From NCBI GenBank assembly GCA_028023455.1, contig JAQFVV010000001.1:26350001-26414000 (forward strand): a stretch of 64,000 nucleotides of DNA. Reading direction: 5' to 3'. Both the position numbers and the translations under genes were made by a program. A model generated the notes under the pieces. It worked only from the letters and a program-made list of their open reading frames with translations, ran no database searches and was not told where the DNA came from. This document shows, one piece after another, positions 52,214 to 64,000 of this stretch. This stretch comes from Epiperipatus broadwayi (lineage: Eukaryota; Animalia; Onychophora). How positions within the stretch are numbered: the first letter of the stretch is position 1; each line of letters begins with the position of its first letter.

Positions 52214-53503
52214 ATTATCGTTTTTATTATTTTCTACTGATAACTTTTCAATTTTATGTTTTTATAATTTACGTTTTAAATATTTTGAATCAGAAAATAT
52301 AGGCTAAATAAAATTGCACTTGTTATTTATTTACCGATTTAAATTGCTCTTCTAACGTATTTAATAACTAGATATTTTATAAATTAAAAAAATGATATAT
52401 TTTATAAATTATTAGCATTTCCTTGAAATTACAATTTTTAAAATAAAAATATAGCCATAAATGGCAGAAACTTATTCTTGCGTTCAATTGCTAGTATAAC
52501 CCACTTAATATAAATACATATATTTTATAATGTTACAGCTGATTTTTTAAAAAATGAAACTGATTTTATTTTCTATAAATATATTCTTGATCATATTTTC
52601 TGGTGCATTACTTAGGCTAGCTCTAGTTTAGAATATCTAATGGTTTTATATACGTTTATATTTAAAGAACCCGTTTTGGTTAATTATTGAATTAAAATGA
52701 CATCTCAAATAGCTGCATTTAAATTAACAACACATTTATATTAGATGTATGTTAGCAATATTAAACTGACTTGCCATATTGCTTAATAATGAATATTCTA
52801 TTAACAACACACAAATACAGATATATAATATTAAAGTATTTAAAAGCACAATTCAAGTGATTGAAAGTTTATGAATTAGAAACTATGCTAAATATTTAAT
52901 AATTGAAACATTAAAAGATAATAAAATAATAATATTTGATAAAATTAAATTAGATACAGGATTATTTTGACATAATTACTCTTGTAGTTGAAATTTAGAA
53001 TTCAGGTTAGGATCACATACTAAATGTCAATTTATAAACTATTGTTGATATTTTTCAATATCTGAAATAAGTTTTTGTTGTTTTTTTTTTTTTTTCACTT
53101 CTATTGAATCTTTAGACTTTTTAAAATATTTGTTAAATTATTAACAATTTTCATGTTATTTTAACTACATTTCTGCTTTGAGTACTGTACTTTTTTTAAA
53201 AAATCCATTTGTTCAAATTTTAATTACTGCTATTTAATAAAAATTAAAATTCTTTAAATAAGCAATTACAATATAAAACATTTTATATAAACATAATTCC
53301 TTACTAAATATAATTACTTCATTTATTTCTTACTAATTCAGGTGTTGAAAATGTGAACAGTTTTGCTATACTGTAATCCTTTCTTATTAGGAATCTCAAC
53401 TTGTTCAGATTAAACTTATATATGTTTTTTTTTTTTAAAAAAAAAAAAACTCTATCAATCACAAAAATTCTATAATTTTGAATAAAAATATATTGCATCA
53501 TAT

Positions 53504-55761
53504 TGTAACGGAATAGCGTTACATAGGGTTTGAACCTAGGAAAGTTAGATATATTATACCGAGACAAAGTCGGTATATGTAAACACACACCCACTCAAGC
53601 AATGTAAAATACTCTATTTTATTTTCTTACAACTTATGATAAAAAATAGATATAGTTTTCTTTCCATACTTTCTAAAATACACTTGTAAAATAAAATATT
53701 AATATGTCTAATTAAATAGTTTAGGGCTTTAACATAATGTACTAAAATAATATTCTCTAAAATGAAAAATAAAATGCCACTATAAATATCAATAAATAAT
53801 TTATACTTGTATATGCCGCGGGGGTAACTAAAAAGGGATATTTTAAAATTATAATTGTAGTAAAAGTAAAAGCTTATAGAAATGATTTTGAGAAAGATTA
53901 AATGCTCGACTTTTAGCTAATGTAAATTACATTGTTCTCGTAAGACACGCACACACGTATGCATTCAAGGTGTGAATGAATATAAGTTTGTTAACTGAGA
54001 TTGCAATATGAGATTGTCTAAACATAAGATTGCCTTAAGCACATGGATTGAGTAGGACACGGACCCCAACGACAACTCTAAGAACATGGAACTCTGGGGG
54101 GAGATTCGATCCTCAGATAAGATCCAACCCATATAAATATCAAGCAAAAAATGTTAAAAAAAGGAGAGATATAAAATATAAAATGTTATGTTAAGAGAAG
54201 CTAAGTCAAATTATCAAATTTTTGTTCAACTTTCTCAAAATTCAATTTAATTCAAAATACTTCGTTTGTGCTATCCGTTTTCAAGATGATCGATATGAAA
54301 TTAATATTTAGAGCGTCGACTGTCATGAGGGGCTAGGAAACCCTTCAGTGATTGATCGACGCTCCGCCACCAGAACATCTCCGTCGCTATGAATACTTAA
54401 TAATATTACCATCTAAAATTAGTGCTCCAACCAGTTCAATAATGTTCCGTGAAATACATGAATCATCCTGATTTATTACGCTCAACTTTAAAAGAAATGA
54501 ACAACCTCCTTATGGAAAACATCATCTCCCATGTTCAAACCTCCACTTAATTAGAAGCAGCGGAAGAATAAGCCAAAATCCTAGGTAAACACTTTATTTT
54601 TTTTATGCTTTCATTCATTCCATACGTAAACTTTTAAAAAAGGCAATCTCATAATTAACTAACTTTGATTTCGTAAATTAAACTATAAAATATTCCGTAA
54701 TTCATTATATTTAAAAATTTATTATTGTAACTTATTATTGTAATCTCAACCTTCGTAAAATCAAACACTATGCAATTCCTAAAATTTAAATCTCAGGACT
54801 TTTCAAATATGAACTTTGACCCTAATTATTATCTTATAATTTATAACACTTACCTTCAAAAATGTAAAAAAAAAGGAAATTTATATTCTATCATCCATAT
54901 TTTATGATATATAATATGTTCTTTTCTGTGCGAGTGCGTAAATGCGTGTGTGTGCGTGTAAATAAAACTTTTAACCAATGTGCTTTTTTTTATATTCAAT
55001 AAATTTGTTCAGTATTTAAACAAGTCGAGCATTTCTCAAATCATTTCCTATAATTAATCTTTATTCTATTTTTCGTCTTGATTATTAATAAAGTTAGCAT
55101 TTATTCATATAGTTAATTATATTGTGTTAGATTAATCTTTCTTAAACCTTGTTGTTTTTTTTTTATGTCTCTTACAAACATCGTGCCGTAAGTCACGATG
55201 TTTATTTATTTATTTATTCCGTAGTTAAGATAGATTTAATAGTTGGGAGGGCCTATTATAAAATATAAATAAATGTCAATAAGTTGTAAATATAGCTGGA
55301 GTAAATAATTCTACCGGACGGTATGATATAGGGGGATGATCTTATAAGCTTCTAATTGTTTAGAGATATAAACGAATAATCGTATTGGTCCCAAATAACC
55401 AATGACCCGATCCAATGCTTGGATCGATCAGTTAGTTAATCAAGCGTCTTCTCCATTGGTTATCATAGCGTCCTTTACCAGAATAGTAATTGTGAAAACA
55501 ATCACATCGCGACCCTGAGCGACCCTATTGGTCCATGCTGGGAGTTTGAGCTTGTGGGCGGGATTAGACTTCGAAATCGTTTTGATATGACGTAAGGTGA
55601 TGCGAGAAGTTAAATTATAATTAAATCATCGTATCTGGCGCCCCCTTGTATTGATAGTGAACAGTTATCGATAGAAGAAAATAAATAAAGCTTTACGCTA
55701 TGTCATGTTAATTTCGGAGTTCACAATCCCTATATGATCGGAGATAGAGAGGCCGGTTACA
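53504..55761. mobile_element. 2258-bp solo-LTR-like insertion with a 4-bp TSD
   Basis: Begins TGTAACGG and ends CCGGTTACA, flanked by ATAT (53500-53503, 55762-55765). It is non-coding and CpG-rich, with an AATAAA at ~54961. Confidence 0.75.
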
Positions 55762-57972
55762 ATATATTATAGTGCAATTTATACCAGTATAACAATGTAT
55801 TGTGACCTTTTATTTAGGTCCCTAAATTAAATAATCCAAAATTTTAAATCATAATAATATATTTAGCATTAAAATCTTAATAAGTGGCTTTAAATAAAGA
55901 CTGTTCTGGATGCACTAGGAAATCTGCTTGAATGGAGAAGAGAGTTCAAATCCAGTGTAGGCTTGACTAGGGATAAAAAATAATTTGAAAGTATTATTAA
56001 TTGGAAGATAAACATATTGCTATTTTATTATTGTTGAATAGCAATTGAAAATAAATAAATAAATCAAATTTGTAAATCTTGTAAAATGAATGATTATAGT
56101 TAATTCTTAAGCATATTTTTTTTCGTAGTGGATTAAAAACAGTCTTGCATATTATGGGTAGTTATTAAAAATGAAGCCAGGCAGAGTAATATTAATGATA
56201 TTCACACTAAGGTTATTGGTCCATTTTTTACCACAATGCATTGTAATACAAGCTATATATGATATAACAAAGTTGTAGGGGGGGAGGGCTGATTAAGAAA
56301 AAGAGAATCAGAATCAACAGATTTCAACTCTAACTTATAAAATAAGGAAGAAAAAGTTTAAAAAATCAGAAAAATTTGGAATTTACTTGAATGGGATTAT
56401 AATATATTGTTATTTAAAAACATGGAATAGAAAATCTTAAAGCCTTGTAATCGTTTCAACAATATTTTTCCATCGATTTGATAGTTCCCGAGTCATACAG
56501 GAAAGGAGAAATGGGAACCATGTGGATAATAATTTACTTCAATAAATATTACTTCAAACCAAGAACCATTCCAGAGAATGTGAGCTTTTGCTTTTATTTT
56601 GTTTATATTTTTAAATTCTCAGATTTAAAAATGACACACAAATTATTTATAATTAAAAGAAAAAGCTGACAATGTTTGTTTTCGCGCGCTCTTATTATCA
56701 AGCAGAAGAATACTTTGCTTGTAAATTATAATTTCAATAAAATAATTTGAAATAATTTTGAAGAAAAATGTCAAGAGATAAAGTAAACAAATAAAAAAAG
56801 TCATTTTTGAATCATATAACTTTTAATAAAGTTAAAAGTCAATTGCGTGATTTTATCCTGTTTTCTTTCTTGAGAAAGAAAACTCATCTGCGAAATGGCA
56901 GTTTTAGCGCCAACTTGCTTAATTATAGAAAATGGAAAGTTACAGATTAATTTAAAATGCCAAGGATATCGTATTTATAATTGAATACATTCTTCTTAGT
57001 ATTGCTAAACACATAATGCTTTGCTGATAAAAATGAAATAAAATAAATATTTACTTTTAAAGTTTTATTGTGAAACATGTGTCTTAATAATATTTTTAAA
57101 ATGCCCAGATCGTTTAAAGTTGTTACAGACATTACCATGGAGGGAAGAACAAAATCAATAAATAATTTTAAAAAATTGAACGTGTTAATTGTAATGAAAC
57201 TCTAAAGTCATTTTTTTAAGAAAAATTATCTGGATTGAAATGTGGATAAACCGATTTTGATTATGCTGCACTTGAAAAACGTTTTAATATTGTCTTATTA
57301 TGCTAGCATCGAACAGGATAATCAATATATATATATATATGCGTTATTTAGGAATGTTTATTCATCATAATATCAGTTTTCTTATCATTTTAGCTCACAA
57401 GGATGAAATAAACTTTGACTAATAGGATAAAATCTAATGGGAGAAAATGTTCGTTTATTTTTTTTTTATTATTATTGCTATATTTAGTGTTATAATATTT
57501 ACACCATGTATCATTTGGGGATTTTTTTATATATATATTTATTGTAGTATAAAATATATTTAGTAAAAGGATGTAAAGATGTATAAAAATATATACATTT
57601 TATCCACATGTATTTTTGCTATTTTCCCAATTAAGGGAAAACATAATATAAAATATCATTTATCTAGACAGAGAGAGATATTTACCTCTCGCATTTTAAA
57701 ACAGATTTTAGTGTATTATTGAAAGAATGAACAAACAGACTAAATTTTGTCAAAGATATACTATAATGACCTAATTGTTTTCTTATATGAAAAAAAAATT
57801 GATCTAAGCCTTTTTCATTTCTTAATTTTGCCTATAAATGAACATATCCATTGTAAATATAAAATTCAGATTGATCTTCATTGTTTACGTGTGTAGTGCT
57901 TGCTATAACAAAAGTATAATTGTTATATTAAAATAATTAATGATCATTTAACATATATTTTGGTTTGTCTAT

Positions 57973-58512
57973 TGTACCGGTCAGATTTGTATGTTCACAT
58001 AACAAGATCTAGCATCTAGGCAAAAGTACCTCGAATCCAATCGTGCAAGATACATAAGTCAGGAACACTCATGAATTATGCCCTATTTGCCTATTCCCCA
58101 GATCTACCAACTCATGAGCAACAATCCCGATGATATCGATCTCATTTCCTCTTTCACCGCCAGCATCACTCATCGGAGACACAAAAAGACTAAGCTAACT
58201 TTAATGATAGACTGACTTAAAATGAACTATACTTTAGAAGCAATGAAGGCTCTCTTGCATATTAATTATGTATTTTTAACGCAGATCATCTAGTCATCAT
58301 GAGCATAACTGATAAATTAACAGTAATTTAAATAAAAGAAAGCAATGATTCGAAAGTTGATATATATATTTTAAGATTTATTATATTCATAACATAAATA
58401 AACATGTCTGATTGTTTGTCAGACACTAGCCTCATAACCATTATATATAGAATTCAGATTTTATAGTAACTTTGCTAATATTTGCGGCAATGCCAATAAT
58501 AAATACCTTACA
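57973..58512. mobile_element. Possible solo-LTR-like segment
   Basis: Bounded by TGTACCGG and CCTTACA with LTR-like composition; no matching TSD. Confidence 0.3.
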
Positions 58513-58732
58513 GAATTAGCGCTATGAGAAACATATTATTAAGATACTATTCCACCCCCAGATAAATGAGAATAGCATTTAATCGATTTGAAAGAGAATA
58601 GTTTAACAAGAAAATATTACATTTTTATAGAATGTAATTATTAAATTGGATTATAAAGTGGCAGACGTGTGGGACAGCTAATGAATATTTATATTAATAA
58701 TAAGTTCGTCGCAATGACGCGAATATTAAATA

Positions 58733-59142
58733 ATGGGCATAGATGTCTGTTTTAGCAAAGTCACACTACTACGGATTATGGATGTTCATGGGTTTACTAG
58801 AAATATAATGAAAGGTGGTACATGCATGGCGGCAGGCTTGGGTGGTCCAATTATGAATCCTGGAGTGTGCTTCATGAAGTTTATTGAACGAGGATTACCG
58901 ATTTACTCTGCAAACATTGGCAGGATCGGTTTAGAAATGAAGTGGTCGGCGATGCATTTATTGGGCTGGTTTTTCCAGAGCAATTCCCATATAAAGCACG
59001 CACATACAACCAAATATGTCCCCAGGGTGGTTTTATAGCCTGGTTCAAGGACATTGAGAACGACGATGGGGCTCGACTTAGCGAATACCTCCACGTAAGA
59101 GAGAAGCACGAATATATATGAAATGAAGTGGCCTATATGCAC
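58733..59142. other. GC-richer, CpG-retaining coding-like block of unknown frame
   Basis: Overlapping open frames on both strands; a plus frame (DRFRNEVVGDAFIGLVFP..LSEYLH) ends exactly at GTAAGA (59095). Confidence 0.3.
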
Positions 59143-62100
59143 GCAACACTTGGGAATAATAAAGCATAAATAGCTTTATAGACTCTCTTACTTATTTAAT
59201 ACCCATAAATTATAGAATACCCTGCGTAATAGTGTGAATTAATTACTAAACAAGCATGGATGATAGATTTAACTAAATATATAATTTTAAGATATAAAGA
59301 GTCCCCTCCCTTTTTACTTTAAGTTATTCATAACTCCCCACACATTTCATAAATATCAATCTCGGTTAATAAATGCTTTTTGAAAGTAAATAAAATTGAT
59401 ACATAAATAACTGGGATGGTGGTAATAATTGGGATAAAATATAGATTATATATATATATATAAGATACATTAAAGTTAAAATAGCGCATTATTATTTAGA
59501 AAGAAAAAAAATAAACATTTTTAGGAAAACAGATGTTGATCTGTTTTCTATAGCAAATTTTTATAATTTAATGACTTTATTTTCCAAAATCGCAAACATC
59601 TGCACAATGAATAAGACTTGTTTTTAATTAATTTACGTTCTTAATTACCCCGTAAGTAAAAGGTAGGAAAAATAGAAATAAAATATGTGTTAGCGATTTT
59701 GGAAATTATTATTGGCATTTTAAAGAAAACATAAATACATAAATATATTAAATTAGAATTATTTGCTGCATGGAAATAAAGAAAGAAAACCTATTAAAGA
59801 GGCTTACTGAGGATAAGTTATATAGAGTTATATTATAAAAAGTTATACAATAGGAAAACATTTAAATCTAGTATCAGAACAGAGCATCAGGATTATAAAG
59901 AAGGATGAATTTGATAATCAAGAGTGGCTAAAGTTCTTTTACCTTGATATCTGGAGTAGCAGTCCTTGATATGAATAATGTTCATCATCATTAGTTCACT
60001 AGATCTAGGGTTTAAATACGACATGATAGGTAGCATTTACTTTATCGGCAGATATTTAGAGTTCATTAGTATGGGATCTGGAGCTTCGTTATGGGAAAAG
60101 CATATTGGAATGGAGGGGAAGGTGAAATTTTCCCTACTCATGGCACATTGGATGAAAATTAAAATTGACGTGGATTTGGTTTGGCATCATCATAATTTTT
60201 GTTGTCTCTCCTCTTTTTGGATTCAAATCCAGCAGTATTTATACTTTTATTTTGGTGATGTAGCATAGCAACTACTGCTGGACCTGAGGTATTTTAAGCA
60301 CTTAACATACAGCTAAAATCGGCTGACCGGATCCTTTCTTATCTTGTAAGACTTTTGAAACAATGCAATTCTGTTATCAGTTTCTCGAATGATTGTTTTA
60401 AAATAAGTCTTATGATTTTAAAACAAGCTGGCATGGACAAAATTTCCACTAATGGGTTTATTTTATTATTACAAAATTGTAATCTTTTTACTTTTAATTA
60501 ATGGGCTTTTCCGGGTAATTGTTTTCGAGAAACTTTATAAAAGAATTGCATCATTTCTGACTGCTAAATTAAATATGAAAAATAATACGTTTCATATATG
60601 ATTTTAAATACAATTTATATATAAAATAATTTTAATGATTTGTCAGCAATCTCCTACACTGAAATATATATATATATTTATTTATCATTTATGCATGTAT
60701 ATACATGAAAATAATATTAAATATTTATCTATTAAAATGATTTTAGATTAAGATATATAAATATCCACGTTATTTATCTAAAATACTAAAGCAAAAGAAA
60801 TATATGTATTAATAAATATATGTATACGTGCGTAAGGGTGGGTTTGAACATAGATGGTAGGAGATTGGATGTGGGCTGTGAAGCAAGATCTGAGCATCAG
60901 ATCATCTGCTTCACTATTAATACATTAAAAGTTTCTGCATTGTGAATGGAAGAGTTGTTTCCACTTTTATTGTTAGTGTTATTTTACCTTGCTATAGTAT
61001 TGATAAGGATTTGTGACAGCTTTTAGCTGATAAGTATATGTCACATATAATGGCATCAAATAGAATAATATTAATATTAATATTGAACATGGGTTGATGG
61101 AGAATCACCCATTGCTGATTACATGAGAGGATAATATAGTCGAGGCTGAGTAATAATTAATGCTTAGTTAGCATAATTAATCCCAAAAGAGAATATCCAT
61201 GGTCTGAATTCTATTTTTCTGTGATAGGGCCAAGCCCACACTTTATACCTATGGAGAGGTATTAGAATTAGCCATATTATTATACAACTATCATGTTGTT
61301 TTGTAGAGCCTTTCTTTATTGTTTGATCCCTCATGAGGTTATAGAGTTAGTTTTCCACCATGTATGGGGAACTTTATTATTTCAAAATCAAATAGCAAGG
61401 ATAAGATAAAGTTAGATTAAGGGACACTGGTCTATCTATAGTGTTTGCCTAATTGAAATAGTGTCTTATGATGTTGTAGGATCTTCATCAGTTTATAGAC
61501 AAACCAAACTAAAACCTACTAGTGATTATAGAACTTCTAGATGAAAGAGCAAGAGATGCACGTGGGCAGTGTGGATTTATCTTATCAAGTAGTGATTCGC
61601 CGATGGATCGGTAAGATCAGTTAAATATTCAATGATTAGGTTGTGGACATAGGTAATGTTTTAGTGTCATATGTGCATTTGACTTATGATGTCTGTCCCC
61701 ACATCAATACAATGAATCTTTTCATATTAAAAGATAATAAATTAATTGTACTAAATATGATAATTGCCCTTATCATATTCTAATAAATAAGATAGCTACA
61801 GCTTAATATACTAAATCGTAACTTCAAGTTTTAGATTTAAAAAGTTGCGTATATCCCAAAGATTTAAGTACATTTTGTTTATAATTTAAATGCTAATTTA
61901 GCTTAAATAAAGTTTAAATATCTTATTCTACAAGATAGAAGAATAATAGAAACTTAGTCAATCATAATAGTGAGACTATGAATATCACTGTATTAGTTGG
62001 TCTTATTTACTATGTGTATAAATAATGGGGGATACACATTATTTTCCATCCTTGAGTTTATTTAATGTATTGGTCTTATTTCAGACAATGTGTCTGAAAT

Positions 62101-64000
62101 AAATTTGTAAATAAATCTTGTTGTGTTTAAAAATTTATTTAGTTGCCTATAGTCTTATTGCTAATCACCATACACACTATTATCATTATTGCTATCAACA
62201 TATCAGAGGATTATATATTGAAATCATCATCGACCAATATAGTAAATTTAACTATATGTTGGTATATCATAATAATTTTATTAAGCCCTATAATTTATGA
62301 GTACATCTAAGGCATCATCACTTAACAATTAAAATGGTATTAACCTAGAGTACATATTATTTTAAGTGGTATACTAAAAGATAAACACTTAATATTGGTT
62401 TAATCGGTTTAGTTGAACCCACAGAGCTATCATTCACTGATCTTGATCACATGGTTTATAATTATTTGCGAAAAGCAATTTGGTAAGTTATTGTGCTTAT
62501 TTATTAAAAAGTTATTCCTATTTCTTAAATTTTAAAGTTTATAATAGTTATTAAGTTTATAAAGTTTATGTGGAACTGCTAAATATAGTTGTTAATTTGA
62601 GTTTATATTGAGAGCTGTTTTGTGCATTATATTCGGTAGTGGCAAAATCCCTCTTACTGATCCAAGTATATTTGGTATAACAATCTTTGAGTTGTTTGAA
62701 CCCTGAGAAGAATTAGTTGTTAAGTTTTGTAGTAAATTTTATAGCTAGTTATTTATTATAGTTGGACTTGAATTAGATTACTTTCACTGTTTTATGAAAG
62801 TCAACCAAACTTTAAGGTATAAATTACTTCTTTTGTCATAAAATGTATAGCTTGTTTTGACTTTATGATAAATATTCTGGTTTTGCTAAGCTTGGAATTC
62901 CTATTTTTATTTAGCTTATCTTCTTACCATTTAATACAATATTAGTTTATAGTTTAAGATTTCAGTCTCCATCATCAACATTGTTTGCGTTCTTTTTTTA
63001 TTCATTCTCATTTGACATTAATTCAATTATCATAATTGATGAATCATTCATTAACTTTTATTCTATCATTACCTTAATCATTCATTATTCTCATACATCT
63101 TCGTTCTTTTCTCTTCATTCTTAGACTCATTTCATTTTTCTATTTAATTATTAGTTATTTATTGGTTTGATGAATATTAAATTTATTTCATCATATTTGG
63201 TTTGTTGTGTGGATTTTAAAGCTGGTTTGACCAGAAGTTATTATCTTTATTAATCACCTTGTGATCTTCTTTAGATCTATAGTTTCATGTGAAACGATAA
63301 CTTTCCAAGCCCCTATCGTTTCACCATCAAACCTAATGACACTCTCATCTGTGCTAAGTTCGAACCTATTTAAATGTTAATAAATATAAAATTCGTTCAT
63401 GTCTGTATAAACAGTATTATATATTTACATGCGAACGAACGCTATAATTAGATAGGATTAGTAAAATTATAGCGTACTAAAGTTATTTAATATTTCTAAA
63501 AATATTCGTTATATTATTTAAGTTAAGTGTAAATTATTAATTTTGTTGTTTAATATTGTAATTTCGTATGTGGATATATAATCTGTGCTATATAGAAGAA
63601 AGACATGATTTAAAATATGTAAAAGCCAGTATCTAAAAATAATATTAAATGTCTTTAAAAATTGTTAAAAGATTTCTTGTTTTAAATATATTTCAGGGAA
63701 AAGTTTCTCGAAAATATATTTAAAAGCTATATCAAATATGTTTGTAAATTATTTTTAATAAATATGTTAAAAATGTTTTCGTTTTAAAAAAATGTTAAAA
63801 AGTTGTTTTTAAATAGAAAGAGTTTCTATTATATGTAAGATTAAAAATAAAAGCTGGTCAAGTAATTAAAAGATTTTTGATTGTAAACAAGTGTCATTAA
63901 CGACCACACCTGGAATTCGTAAAAAGTAAAACTAGTTGAAAATTTACTAATTAAAATCTCCTTAGATAAGAGTAAGTTATTTTAAAATCTAAATTGGACA

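Noticed and set aside
61430-61500. Minus-strand CTGATGAAGATC with complementary TCTATA/TATAGA flanks, resembling a hammerhead
   Set aside because: No GAAA follows stem II (ATAA instead) and no credible stem III or triplet can be drawn.
63285-63350. 11-bp stem GTGAAACGATA/TATCGTTTCAC with an upstream CAGATGA on the minus strand
   Set aside because: The core has A at the invariant U4 and stem I cannot form; it is only a hairpin.

Overview
This is very AT-rich eukaryotic (probably invertebrate animal) DNA dominated by decayed mobile elements. Recognisable elements: three degenerate Ty3/Gypsy gag-pol remnants, a gag-only LTR element with long LTRs, solo-LTR-like TG..CA elements, a near full-length but disrupted RTE LINE, an internally deleted Merlin-type DNA transposon (TIRs plus an 8-bp TSD), and a head-to-head pair of tRNA-derived SINE-like arms. 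The most notable signal is two related families of ~410-450 bp repeats, each carrying a minimal type I hammerhead ribozyme motif. They occur as partial tandems and as inverted pairs at 6.9-8.0, 17.4-18.1 and 38.3-38.9 kb, like non-LTR retrozymes or Penelope-like pseudo-LTRs. They share stem I but have different palindromic stem III sequences (ACCGGT vs ACTAGT). Host coding evidence is limited to a signal-peptide, SUEL-lectin-like ORF at 16.1-16.7 kb, a convergent pair of paralogous exons at 31.3-32.4 kb, and unassigned GC-richer blocks near 58.7-60.3 kb. CpG is strongly depleted left of ~48.4 kb and retained to the right. All alignments, folds and counts were done by eye; no database searches were run.
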